DNA from: Mesorhizobium sp.
GTDB lineage: Bacteria; Pseudomonadota; Alphaproteobacteria; Rhizobiales; Rhizobiaceae
Direction: 5' to 3'
DNA length: 64,000 nt
Assembly (NCBI RefSeq): GCF_004963255.1
Contig: NZ_SUGA01000032.1
Span: forward strand, 286 to 64,285
Positions within the stretch are counted from its first letter, which is position 1. Every line of letters starts with the position of its first letter. The translations under genes and the position numbers were made by a program. This document shows, in pieces, positions 26,041 to 35,228 of the stretch. The notes below the pieces were generated by a model, which saw only the letters and a program-made list of their open reading frames with translations, was not told the origin of the DNA and did not search any database.

Positions 26041-26358
26041 ATGCTTACGAAGATTCTCGCGGCTTCGGCCCTGACAATCGGCCTCGCCACGGCGGCGATG
26101 GCCCAGACCGCGAACTCGCCCGATAATTCGGCCGGCAGCGGCCAAAGCATCACCGTCGAACCGAGGACGCCGGCCGCCCCGCCGCCTGACCAGATGGCGC
26201 CCGACACCGGCACGACCGGCAGCGTCACCGGCGGCGATATGAATTCCAACGCCGACAAGAACTGCCCGAACAGCCCGCAGGGCGCGCAGGCCGATGCCAA
26301 CAACACCGCCGCCACGACGGCGCAGCCGAACGTCAACGATAATAATTGCGGCAAGTAG
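26041..26358 (+). CDS. Small secreted low-complexity protein
   Basis: Signal peptide MLTKILAASALTIGLATAAMA; GAGGAG RBS; two Cys. Confidence 0.75.
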   Translation: MLTKILAASALTIGLATAAMAQTANSPDNSAGSGQSITVEPRTPAAPPPDQMAPDTGTTGSVTGGDMNSNADKNCPNSPQGAQADANNTAATTAQPNVNDNNCGK

Positions 26359-26444
26359 GCGTGCAACTTGCTCTCGCTGAGGCCGTGGAGCAACTCCACG
26401 GCCTTTATCTTGGAGCCGGCCTGACCGGCTCGGCAAGGCCGGTC

Positions 26445-26469
26445 GGAACCATGCGGCCTTCCGACCGTT
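26445..26469 (+). promoter_or_regulatory. EcfG-type promoter motif
   Basis: Exact GGAAC-N16-CGTT. Confidence 0.75.
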
Positions 26470-26493
26470 GCAAGGGGCACAAAGGAGAAACCC

Positions 26494-27027
26494 ATGGCAG
26501 ACAATGAAAGCAGCAGCGGTGGCGCCGCAAACGGCGCCGGCACCTCGAGCACTAGCCCAGCCAGCGAAGCGCGTCCCCGTAACGCCGCTTCGCGCAGCAG
26601 CGGCGCGTCGCGCAGTGGCGCCGCATCGCGCGGCAACGCCAGGGCATCCGAGGCGGCCATGAAGAAGCAGATCGCGGAGTTGAAGCGCGAGGTGAACCGC
26701 CTGAACCGCGCGCTTTCCGAGCAGGCCGAGGAAGCGTCCGAGGCCGCGCAGGGCTGGTACCAGAGCGCGGCCGACCGTGCATCGAACCTTTATAGCGGTG
26801 CGGCCGACCGCGCGTCGAACCTCTACAGCGGCGCCTCCGGCCGCGCGTCGCGCGCGGCAAGCCAGTTGCGCAGCCAGGCGCAGAGCGTTTCGGAAACCGT
26901 GCAGCAGAATCCGGGCACTTTCTCGACGGCCATGCTGATCGGCGGCCTTATCGGGCTGCTGGCCGGCATGGCGATCAGCCGGACCTCGGACCCCGAGCCG
27001 GACTGGCTGCATCGCTGGCGCAGATAG
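26494..27027 (+). CDS. ElaB/DUF883-like stress protein with C-terminal TM anchor
   Basis: Coiled region, 11-aa repeats, QQNPGTFSTAMLIGGLIGLLAG anchor; AAGGAG RBS. Confidence 0.65.
   Translation: MADNESSSGGAANGAGTSSTSPASEARPRNAASRSSGASRSGAASRGNARASEAAMKKQIAELKREVNRLNRALSEQAEEASEAAQGWYQSAADRASNLYSGAADRASNLYSGASGRASRAASQLRSQAQSVSETVQQNPGTFSTAMLIGGLIGLLAGMAISRTSDPEPDWLHRWRR
26758..26856 (+). repeat. Three in-frame 33-bp tandem repeats
   Basis: YQSAADRASNL / YSGAADRASNL / YSGASGRASRA. Confidence 0.85.
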
Positions 27028-27105
27028 GCATTTCCGGTCCGGCTGGAGCAGCCGGGCCGATCAACGGTAGTAAGCGAAGGCTGCCTTGATGCGGCCGCGC
27101 GGAGA

Positions 27106-27140
27106 AGAAGGCCGGGCCGGCGCGCCCGGCCTTCTCTTTT
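27106..27140 (+). terminator. Intrinsic terminator
   Basis: agaaggccgggc / gcccggccttct stem followed by ctttt. Confidence 0.6.
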
Positions 27141-27263
27141 GGATGCCGGGCTTTTTCATTTCAAGGTTGTGTCGTCCCCATCCTTTTGCTGTGGCCGGTT
27201 GTCCCGGGCTGGTCATTAGCGGAAGCTTATGGGATCATCCCTCGGGGAATCGCGGAGAGCGGC

Positions 27264-27533
27264 ATGGACAGACCTGCCATGGCATCCGTCTTTCGGATGC
27301 GGCATGTGCCTGCAAACATTTCGGGCGTTCGCAGCCTTGGCAGAGGCCAGGCCGATCCGATCTTTCATTCGAGACCACTCGGCGAGGCAATTCGCTTCAT
27401 CGCTCAGGCCGATGGCCAGTACGACCTCAGCGCCGTCGCCATCTTCTACGGCGACCGCCAGACGCCGCCGCTGGGCAACCGCGAGATCAGGCAGCTCTGG
27501 AGCGAGTATGGCGAGCGGCTGATGGAGGCGTAG
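27264..27533 (+). CDS. Hypothetical protein (89 aa)
   Basis: GGAGAG RBS; host-like codon usage. Confidence 0.6.
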   Translation: MDRPAMASVFRMRHVPANISGVRSLGRGQADPIFHSRPLGEAIRFIAQADGQYDLSAVAIFYGDRQTPPLGNREIRQLWSEYGERLMEA

Positions 27534-27607
27534 GCGGCGCAGGCTTTCCCGCCGGATCGGAAACGCCGCTCATGCGTTCTTGTGGCGAGGCCAATGAGAG
27601 GAACGCC

Positions 27608-27913
27608 ATGAACGTCGCCAATCTCCAACTCGAAGGCCTGCTGATGGCCGTCGCAGCGATCAACCACGTGCTGGTCAAGAAAGGTGTGCTCACCGTCGAG
27701 GAAATCGACATCGCGCTGCGCAAGGCCGAGGCCGGTGAGACCGGCGAGGAGCGCTCGGAGGCGATCTCGGCCTCGAACCGCGACGCCATCAATTTCCCGA
27801 TCCGGCTGCTCGAGCTCGCCAACCAGTGCCAGCCCGAAGCGGAGATGCCGTCCTTCTCGAAGCTGGCGCGCATGGTCGGGCAGATGAAGGAGCCGTATAA
27901 CGACCAGATGTGA
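27608..27913 (+). CDS. Hypothetical protein (101 aa)
   Basis: GAGAGGA RBS; MNVANLQLEGLLMAVAAIN...; GGATC-N16-CGTT upstream. Confidence 0.7.
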   Translation: MNVANLQLEGLLMAVAAINHVLVKKGVLTVEEIDIALRKAEAGETGEERSEAISASNRDAINFPIRLLELANQCQPEAEMPSFSKLARMVGQMKEPYNDQM

Positions 27914-27952
27914 GGTTGCGGAAAGGCGCCTTGCCTGGAGATGCCTGCGCCG

Positions 27953-28004
27953 CCCCTCATCCGCCCCTTTCGGGGCACCTTCTCCCCGTAGAACGGGGAG
28001 AAGG
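27953..28004. repeat. REP-like half unit
   Basis: cccctcatccgcccctttcggggcaccttctccccgtagaacggggagaagg, between convergent genes. Confidence 0.75.
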
Positions 28005-28009
28005 AAAGG

Positions 28010-28429
28010 TTACGCCCTGCCCGGCCAGCCTTGGCGCAGGGCCAGCACGCTGCCCGGGCCGTGGGCGGCGGCGTAGAGCAGGCCGGCGGCGAAGGGGAAA
28101 TGCGACATGAAGGCGCCGAACTCGGCCTGGTTTCCGACCCAGTGCGACGGGCCGTGGAATGCAAAGCCAAGGAAAACGACATAGACCGCGCCGATCAGCG
28201 CCAGCGGCGTCAGATAAGCGCCGGTCAGGAAGGCGATCACCAGCAGCGTCTCCAGGAGCGCGGCGCACCAAGCGAGGAACAGCGGGAACGGGAACCCGGC
28301 GGCGGCGATGTAGCCGGCGGTGGCGCCCATATCCATCAGCTTGAAGGCCACGCCCATCGCGAACATGGCGGCGAAGATCAGGCGAGCGATGAGAATGGCG
28401 GCGGTCTGCCAGGTCGATTGGGTTTCCAC
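28010..28429 (-). CDS. DoxX family membrane protein
   Basis: LIARLIFAAMF...KL, four hydrophobic helices, GPG tail motif. Confidence 0.8.
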   Translation of the reverse strand: METQSTWQTAAILIARLIFAAMFAMGVAFKLMDMGATAGYIAAAGFPFPLFLAWCAALLETLLVIAFLTGAYLTPLALIGAVYVVFLGFAFHGPSHWVGNQAEFGAFMSHFPFAAGLLYAAAHGPGSVLALRQGWPGRA

Positions 28430-28530
28430 GAGTGTCCCTCCGGGTTGTCTGTTGATGCCCCAAGGACGGACGAAGGAAGAGGATTCCGACAGGGGGGTGG
28501 AAAATTGTTGGAAACGGAGACGCGGCGCCT

Positions 28531-28679
28531 CTCCTTCTCCCCTTGTGGGAGAAGGTGGATCGGCGCGTCAGCGCCGAGACGGATGAGGGGTGTTCCAGCG
28601 GAGTGAGACGCTGGCTGTCCCTGGAGCACCCCTCATCCGGCCGCTTCGCGGCCACCTTCTCCCACAAGGGGAGAAGGAG
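28531..28679. repeat. REP/RIME-like palindromic repeat (~149 bp)
   Basis: Near-identical to 51442-51590; ends are inverted copies of cttctccc...gggagaagg. Confidence 0.85.
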
Positions 28680-29424
28680 AATGGTGCCGCGGATGGCTGA
28701 TCGAGTCCCGCACGGTGCCGTATTCGGCGCCCCAGCGGTCAGTCATGTCGCAGCGTATGTCCCACAGCTCGGGGAAGAAGCGATGGCGGGCGCCGCCTTC
28801 CAGCATCTCCACCGGCCTGCCCTTCAGCGACTTCGAGCCCAGGCCGATCGAGCGGTGAATCAGGTAGAGGTGGTTGGCGCGGAATTTCTGGAACAGCTCG
28901 TCGAACTCGATCAGCGCCTCGGCCACGACATAGGCGTCGCCATGGTCGTAATGCTCGTCATAGATATCCGCCACGGTCAGCCCGCGGCCATCGAGATAGG
29001 CATGCTTGAAGGCCCGCCAAAGGTCCGGCGGCAGGCGCAGCAGGAATTTGAAACCCGGCGATTCCTGGCCGCTGCCATTGCCGAGCTGCAGGCGGATCTG
29101 CTGGTACTCCTTGGGCGACATGGTCTCCAGGAGATCGAGCTGCGCCGTCATCATACGCATCAGCCGGTGCACGCGGCCCATCAGCGTGACGACGCGGTGG
29201 GTATCCTGTTGCTCCAGGTAGTCGAGCACATCGACCAGCGTGTAGGCGATGAGCTTCATCCACAGCTCCTCGACCTGGTGCACGATCTGGAACTGCAATT
29301 CGTCGGCGTTGACCATCTCGGCAAGCGGCTTCTGGCAGGCGAGCAGCTGGTCGCATTTCAGATAGACGCCGTAGTCGCGCATCTCGGGCGCCTCGATGCG
29401 GGCGTGATAGTCCGTCTTGTCCAT
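28633..29424 (-). CDS. Tryptophan 2,3-dioxygenase family protein
   Basis: DELQFQIVHQVEELWMK and GNGSGQESPGF motifs; last codons lie in the repeat. Confidence 0.85.
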   Translation of the reverse strand: MDKTDYHARIEAPEMRDYGVYLKCDQLLACQKPLAEMVNADELQFQIVHQVEELWMKLIAYTLVDVLDYLEQQDTHRVVTLMGRVHRLMRMMTAQLDLLETMSPKEYQQIRLQLGNGSGQESPGFKFLLRLPPDLWRAFKHAYLDGRGLTVADIYDEHYDHGDAYVVAEALIEFDELFQKFRANHLYLIHRSIGLGSKSLKGRPVEMLEGGARHRFFPELWDIRCDMTDRWGAEYGTVRDSISHPRHHSPSPLVGEGGREAAG

Positions 29425-29558
29425 GGCTCATCCTCCTCGGGGCATGACCGCGCCACAAGGATAGCGCTCCCGGCTTGAACATTGTTCCTTTCTGTTATCT
29501 AAATAGCTTGAAATGAAGGACGATTAGCGCTTCTTCGCGCCTCAATGGAGAACGAACC

Positions 29559-30029
29559 GTGCTGGATGCCCTGGACCGCAGAATAGTCGCCGCGCTCGAG
29601 CGCGATGCGCGGATCTCCTTCGGCGAGCTGGCAGAGGAGGTCGGCTTGAGCAAGACGCCGTGCTGGAAGCGCGTGAAGGCGCTGGAAGAGGCAGGCGTCA
29701 TCCGTGGATATTCGACCCGCATCGACCCGGCCAGGATCGGCTTCGGCATCGAGGCCTTCATACAGGTGTCGATCGACTTCGAGGTGTCGGACGCCTTCGA
29801 GGCGGCGGTGAAGACGCATCCGCTGATCCGCCGCTGCTACGCCACCACGGGTGAAGCTGACTATCTGCTGCAGATCGTCACCGTCGATATGATGGCGCTC
29901 GACCGCATGCTGCGCGAGGAGCTCAGCCGCCTGCCCGGCGTGCGCCGCACGGTGACCTCGATGGCGATGCGCGAGATCAAGGGCGACATCTCCTTTGCCG
30001 AGGCGGCGGCGCGTGCGCTGAGGGGATGA
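29559..30029 (+). CDS. Lrp/AsnC family regulator
   Basis: LDALDRRIVAALERDARISFGELAEEVGLSKTPCWKRVK HTH; divergent from the TDO-family gene. Confidence 0.9.
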   Translation: MLDALDRRIVAALERDARISFGELAEEVGLSKTPCWKRVKALEEAGVIRGYSTRIDPARIGFGIEAFIQVSIDFEVSDAFEAAVKTHPLIRRCYATTGEADYLLQIVTVDMMALDRMLREELSRLPGVRRTVTSMAMREIKGDISFAEAAARALRG

Positions 30030-30077
30030 GGCGAGCACACCGAATGGCCTGAGCGCGGCGAGCATGGAGGGGCGCCG

Positions 30078-30380
30078 AGCCCTGACTTTTTCTGGGATGG
30101 TCGAGAACGGGCTCGAACCTGTCTATAGTCGCGACGGGGGTACGGCGGTGGCGGTTCATCTCAATGAAGATCAGGGCGCAGGCTGCCCCGCGATGGCCGG
30201 CGCGAGGCTTACGCCCGCGATCGCCATGAAAGCGCAAAGCCGCAAGCGTCCCGTCGGCAGCCGACCGGCGGGCCGCGCACCTATCCTGATTGAGATGATA
30301 TCCGCCACCCGCGCACCCCCGTCGCAATCATAGACCGGTTCAACGCCCGGTCCTCGATCATCCCAGAAAAAGTCAGGGCT
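30078..30380. repeat. ~300-nt imperfect palindrome (long inverted repeat)
   Basis: agccctgactttttctgggatggtcgag... at 30078 pairs with ...ctcgatcatcccagaaaaagtcagggct ending 30380; pairing continues inward for more than 100 nt. Confidence 0.85.
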
Positions 30381-30630
30381 ATGCGTAGGTCAGAAAGGCC
30401 AATAAGCAGGCGACATGGACCGCCTTTATTGGGTCAGACGACCTTGGCCCGTCGCAGCAGCCTGCGGTCCGCGCAACGGGCCAAGTGGCCTGCCTTTTGC
30501 CCGCCAGCTAAAGGCTGGCTCCTCCCATCCTCCGCTTCAGGGCAGCGGAGAGCTCGAACAATGACCGGGTTGTGCGAGGCTTGGCGATAACTTTTGTTAG
30601 TCCCAACTAAAATAAGCAACCCGACGCTGG

Positions 30631-30885
30631 CTAGCGACCGACGTGGTGGATCGCTGGCAGCGTCTGGGAGACGCTGAGCGTAGCAGAATAGACAGGCCTG
30701 CCGACTTCATCATGGACGGACACGGTCACCGTTTCATCCAAGTCGCTTGAAGCCATTTCGTCAACGGCGATGTCGTGCAGAGCCTTGAGCGCTTCTCGTC
30801 GCATCTCGCTCAAACTGCCGAGATCGACCCAGGCATCACCCAGGCACTGCCCGTTTCGGATGACCTCGAACCTGTAATTCGACAT
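30631..30885 (-). CDS. DUF6894-like small protein
   Basis: YRFE...L.SLSEMRREALKALHDIAVDE...TVSVHDEVGRPVYSATL; similar to 47979-48212. Confidence 0.65.
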   Translation of the reverse strand: MSNYRFEVIRNGQCLGDAWVDLGSLSEMRREALKALHDIAVDEMASSDLDETVTVSVHDEVGRPVYSATLSVSQTLPAIHHVGR

Positions 30886-31180
30886 GTGCCATTGTGAGAC
30901 GAAGCGATAGCAGCCGCATTAAAATTTGAGAGCCGGCTTGCTAATAAGTTTCGGCGATCGTCGATGGCGACCGATAACCCTTCACCAAAGACCGCCCGCC
31001 GATCTGGCCAGCGGGCCTGAACGTCACTTAAAAAAGATGCAGCAACGCTAAAATAAGCCTGTGCACTGTCAGAATTTGCGGTCGCTGGGCCCGCTCAGAC
31101 AGCTCACTTTGATGGTGCGGCGAACTTCGATTCGCCGGGCCGGCGCCGGGAAATCCACCCCAACAGGCAACGGGCGCCGG

Positions 31181-31372
31181 TCACTTACATTGGGGCGGGG
31201 GCTGCCGCCATAGCGCCCCGCTGGCGAGCGGAGGCTTGGAGCCGGCTACCCGCGCCGCCTCTTCCTTCTCGGCGTCGGCCTTGCGCTTCGGGCATTCCTC
31301 GAAATCATGGTCACGGCCGCCGCAATAGGAGCAGCATTTCGCGGGGGCATCGGGGTGGAGCATCGAGACCAT
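31181..31372 (-). CDS. Small protein with CCHC zinc knuckle
   Basis: CSYCGGRDHDFEEC = C-x2-C-x4-H-x4-C. Confidence 0.6.
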   Translation of the reverse strand: MVSMLHPDAPAKCCSYCGGRDHDFEECPKRKADAEKEEAARVAGSKPPLASGALWRQPPPQCK

Positions 31373-31508
31373 TCCCAAGAATGCACGAAAAGGTTTCCGG
31401 TTGCAGCAATTGCGTGAAGCCGCAACACCGCCGCCTTGCGCCATGTCCGAGAAGATCAAAATTCGAGGAGCTCGCCGCTCGCGCGGCGGGCTCCCGACCG
31501 ATCACCGC

Positions 31509-31862
31509 TCACGCATGCGCGTGAGGATGACGGAAGTCCCAGACGGCCCAAGCCGATGCCACGACCACCAGCACGCCGAGGACGACATGCGTAGTCATGA
31601 CATTCGTGTCAGCCGCAAAGCCCAGAAGCCAGGGCGACACGATCAGCCAGAGCCCGAGGACCGCGCTGACCCATTCTTCCCACTCGGCGAACACCGAAAG
31701 CGTCGCCAGCGCCAGCGCGCCGAGCAGAACGCCGACGATCCAGGCGTTCCACGCGGGCACCATCGCCGCGGTGAATCCGATAACCCAGGGTGAGATGAAG
31801 AGGCAGATCGCGAGGACCAGAGTAATCCAGTCCAGGCTCTTTCTTGTTTCAATCATTGCCAT
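31509..31862 (-). CDS. SPW repeat membrane protein
   Basis: Two SPW motifs (FISPWVIGF, IVSPWLLGF); AAGGAGG RBS. Confidence 0.9.
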   Translation of the reverse strand: MAMIETRKSLDWITLVLAICLFISPWVIGFTAAMVPAWNAWIVGVLLGALALATLSVFAEWEEWVSAVLGLWLIVSPWLLGFAADTNVMTTHVVLGVLVVVASAWAVWDFRHPHAHA

Positions 31863-32049
31863 GACAACCTCCTTGGAGCTTGACCAAAGCAACTGTATCC
31901 GCGTGGACATTGCACGCTCACCATTGATGTAATTACGCTTTTGCGGCGCTGCAAGGAGGGCCTGAGCGGCCGCGGCTCGCCCGGGCCGATCTCATCCGCC
32001 AGACGGCAAGGTGCAAATCACATCGGCGCCGGCCACCGCGAATAGACGC

Positions 32050-33132
32050 TCAAACGGCGATGTCGCTGTCGGTCTCGGCGCCGAGCTGCGGAACGATGAT
32101 TGCCTCGAGCGGCGCGTCGAGCGCCCATTTCAAACTGCCGGCCGAGCGTTCGAGACTGGAAGAACCGCTCAGCGATTGCGGGGCCACCCGCTGCAGCACC
32201 ACCGTGCCGAACCCTTTTCGTTCGGCGCCCCCCTTCTCCTTGCCATTCCTGTCAGCGACCCCAATTCCTGCCGCGCTGGACGTCTCCTGCCACAGAAGAT
32301 GAAACCGCCGCCGCGCGTCCGGACCCGTCTCGACCCTCCAGGTGATTTCCACATGGCCCCCGTCGAAGGCAAGGGCGCCATATTTGGAGGAGTTGGTGCC
32401 GAGCTCATGGAAGGCCATGCCGAGATTCTGCACCGCATTCGACTGCAGCGTCAGCAGCGGCCCGGACAGAGAGATGCGTTCCTCATGGCCGAAGGGCTTC
32501 AGATGCTCCTGGACCAGGTCGAACAGGCTGGCGCCGGCCCATTCCGAGGTCACCAGAAGATCGTGCGAGCGTGACAGCGCCATGATGCGCGCGCGGATCA
32601 TCTGCTCGAACTCAGCCGGATCGGTCGAGCGCTTGCTGGTTTCCCTGACCATCGACAGGATCACCGCGAACTGGTTCTTCACGCGGTGGTTGACCTCGCG
32701 CATCAGCAGCCGGATGCGGCGCTCGCTTTCCTTGGCGGACGTGATATCGCGGGCGATCTGTGAGGCGCCGACGATCTCGCCCGCGCTGTTCCTGATGGGA
32801 GAGACGGTGATCGACACGGCGATCAACGAGCCGTCCTTGCGCTTGCGCGTCGTCTCAAGGCTGCCCACGCCCTCGCCCCGGCGGATACGGCCGATGATCT
32901 CGGTTTCCTCGCTGTGCATATGCTCGGGGATCAAGATCAGAATCGACTGGCCTATCACCTCCTCGGCGCTGTAGCCGAACATGCGCTCGGCCGCGTGGTT
33001 CCAATCGGTGATGACGCTGTTGAGATCCTTGCCGATGATGGCGTCATAGGAGGAGTCGACGATCGCCGCGAGGCGAGCATCGGCATTGGCGTTCGGACGA
33101 AAAAACCCCCCTGGACTGGTCATGCGCATCAA
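32050..33132 (-). CDS. PAS + HWE histidine kinase
   Basis: PAS with SITVSPIR; EVNHRVKN, HELGTNSSKYGAL and KGFGT HWE motifs. Confidence 0.9.
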   Translation of the reverse strand: MMRMTSPGGFFRPNANADARLAAIVDSSYDAIIGKDLNSVITDWNHAAERMFGYSAEEVIGQSILILIPEHMHSEETEIIGRIRRGEGVGSLETTRKRKDGSLIAVSITVSPIRNSAGEIVGASQIARDITSAKESERRIRLLMREVNHRVKNQFAVILSMVRETSKRSTDPAEFEQMIRARIMALSRSHDLLVTSEWAGASLFDLVQEHLKPFGHEERISLSGPLLTLQSNAVQNLGMAFHELGTNSSKYGALAFDGGHVEITWRVETGPDARRRFHLLWQETSSAAGIGVADRNGKEKGGAERKGFGTVVLQRVAPQSLSGSSSLERSAGSLKWALDAPLEAIIVPQLGAETDSDIAV

Positions 33133-33180
33133 ATAGGGCCGTCCGCAATCAAGGCAACATATCCGCTGGATCGCATCCGC

Positions 33181-33426
33181 TTACGGCTTGGAGTCGCCGG
33201 AGCCGTCGCCCGCTGTCCTGTCCGAGGATATCACGCCGAAATCCTGAGACTTCACCCCCGCATGCGCGGTGAGGAACCCATCCGACAACAATCCTCGACG
33301 CAAAAGTTCGCGGACCGCGGCCGAACGGCTCGGCATGCGCTTTTCGAAACGCCAGTTCTCCAGCGCGGCCAACTCCTCGTCGGTCAGCATGATCTGCAAT
33401 CTTTGCGGCCGTTCCAGCTCAGCCAT
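33181..33426 (-). CDS. Ribbon-helix-helix-like small regulator
   Basis: RLQIMLTDEELAALENWRFEKRMPSRSAAVRELLRRGL. Confidence 0.7.
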   Translation of the reverse strand: MAELERPQRLQIMLTDEELAALENWRFEKRMPSRSAAVRELLRRGLLSDGFLTAHAGVKSQDFGVISSDRTAGDGSGDSKP

Positions 33427-33692
33427 GCCTGCCTCCCTGACAGACAAAAATGCTACGAATGAGTAAGTGCCTCATTGTGAGTAGAAGTAGGATTTGTCGC
33501 ATAGGACGTCAAGAATGGCGAAGCTGTGAAAGACGGCACAAACTAACGATACCAACGATGCGCCGAAACCACATTTGTTGTTCTATGCTAACTTGTTGAT
33601 TTTCTTGTCGCTTTCTGGATTTTTTGCTTGCAATCCGTGACCGTCGGGCGCAGGGTTGAAATTGAGGGATAACCTCCAGGGAGGAGGCATCC

Positions 33693-34031
33693 ATGTTCCA
33701 AAGATTTTCCATCCGCTTGCGCGATGACGCCCACCACAAGGTCCAGCGGGCTCTGCGGACCAAGGGAATCGTCAACATCATCCGGCTTTCCGAAGAGATC
33801 AGGTTGAATCATCTGGCCGAGAACATCGCCCGAGAGGACATAGAGAGCCTCGTGATGGAGATATCACAGCTCTACGGGGCGCCGATCGAGTTCGACGACG
33901 AGGCCCTTACTGCGCTCGACCTGCCGGAGGTCCTTGCGCCCGACAATCGCAACGACCTCGAAAAGATGCTGGATGGGCGCACGCTCGGCGGCGAGATCAG
34001 CATCGACGTGCTGCATATGAAACGGTGCTAG
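33693..34031 (+). CDS. Hypothetical protein
   Basis: GGAGGAGG RBS; 112-aa ORF. Confidence 0.55.
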   Translation: MFQRFSIRLRDDAHHKVQRALRTKGIVNIIRLSEEIRLNHLAENIAREDIESLVMEISQLYGAPIEFDDEALTALDLPEVLAPDNRNDLEKMLDGRTLGGEISIDVLHMKRC

Positions 34032-34228
34032 GCGCGTCGCGTCTGAACGACCCCAATCGACCGCGCCCCTCCAGGTCTGCGCGCGTCGCCGCGCTCCTTG
34101 CTCCGCCCTGGAATGACGAGGTTCAGAAGCCTCCAGCTCATCGCCGACGTTTGCGCTGACTACCCATCGGACGTCGATAGCCTTGCCCTTGAAGCCTGCA
34201 ATGTTTCAACGTCACCTGCGTTGAGGAA

Positions 34229-34450
34229 CTAGCCCTTCTTCGGGCGCTTCGCAGCGGTTTTCTTTGGCAGTACCACTGGCGCTTCGGCTTCCTGCGCCAG
34301 TCTGGCGGCGCGCAACCGCTCGGTCTTGGCCGCCCTCTCCTTTGCTTCCAGGTCCTGAATCTGCCGAGAGACACGAGAGGTCGTGTCGGTCTTGGCTTCC
34401 GTGCGGGATGGGACCGGCTTGAACAGGCCGGTATCCGGTAGCGACTTCAT
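34229..34450 (-). CDS. Small basic protein downstream of cspA
   Basis: AAGGAG RBS; KTERLRAARLAQE motif. Confidence 0.7.
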   Translation of the reverse strand: MKSLPDTGLFKPVPSRTEAKTDTTSRVSRQIQDLEAKERAAKTERLRAARLAQEAEAPVVLPKKTAAKRPKKG

Positions 34451-34556
34451 TGTCTTCTCCTTAATCAAAAAAGGCCGGGCAAAGCCCGACCTTCTCCAAC
34501 GCGCCTCTGCGGCCGATGCCAGTACATCCGTGGTCAAGGACCCCGAGGCGCTGTGA

Positions 34557-34766
34557 TCAGGCGGCTTGCAGATTCTCGGCCGCGCTTTTGCCGCTGCGGG
34601 CATCCTTCACGACATCGAAGCTGACCTTTTGGCCTTCGACGAGGGAACGCAGCCCTGCGCGCTCCACGGCCGAGATGTGAACGAACACGTCCGGCTGGCC
34701 GCCGCCCTGCTCGATAAAGCCGAAACCCTTGGTGGAATTGAAAAACTTCACCGTTCCAGTAGTCAT
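34557..34766 (-). CDS. cspA: Cold-shock protein
   Basis: [15 protein letters not shown] (RNP1) and DVFVHISAV (RNP2). Confidence 0.95.
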   Translation of the reverse strand: MTTGTVKFFNSTKGFGFIEQGGGQPDVFVHISAVERAGLRSLVEGQKVSFDVVKDARSGKSAAENLQAA

Positions 34767-34991
34767 TGCGATCTCCTTACAAATCGACGCAAAATTATAC
34801 GCGCTCGGCAACCGCCAAGCGACGAATTCTTCGAAATTGAGAGGGAAGATCGCAGGGGCGCATTTTGCGCGAAAACAACGTTCTTTCAGCAAGATCGATT
34901 TGCTCTATATAGCTCTTAATTTCCTCAGCGACAAGGCCTCCTGGCAGAATACTTCAAACCGCGGTCCGTCCAAACCAAAGCAGTTCCCCCC

Positions 34992-35016
34992 GGAACGGTC
35001 GATCCGACAGAGCGTT
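34992..35016 (+). promoter_or_regulatory. EcfG-type promoter motif
   Basis: Exact GGAAC-N16-CGTT upstream of 35053. Confidence 0.75.
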
Positions 35017-35052
35017 GCTCTCTGCATGCAAGAGCGCGGATTCGGGGTAGCA

Positions 35053-35220
35053 ATGGCCGAAAGGGACAACAATCCACCCTCTCCCGACGTGGTGAAGCGA
35101 TTGATGCAGGAGACGGGAATCAGGGAGGCACAGGCGCGCGATCTCGTCCGCCTTATCGGCCTGGACTGGAGTTCTCTTGTCCGCGAGGCCAAGTTGATCG
35201 CTTCCCCACCCCGGGATTAA
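35053..35220 (+). CDS. Small protein (55 aa)
   Basis: RLMQETGIREAQARDLVRLIGLDWSSLVREAK; EcfG-type motif upstream. Confidence 0.65.
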   Translation: MAERDNNPPSPDVVKRLMQETGIREAQARDLVRLIGLDWSSLVREAKLIASPPRD

Positions 35221-35228
35221 GTCCGGAT

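Noticed and set aside
25441-27012. 523-aa minus-strand ORF
   Set aside because: Overlaps two plus-strand genes with good RBS and promoter motifs; low-complexity translation.
30105-30125. tRNA T-loop-like text (caggttcgagccc on the minus strand)
   Set aside because: T-stem does not pair and no cloverleaf forms; it is part of the long palindrome.
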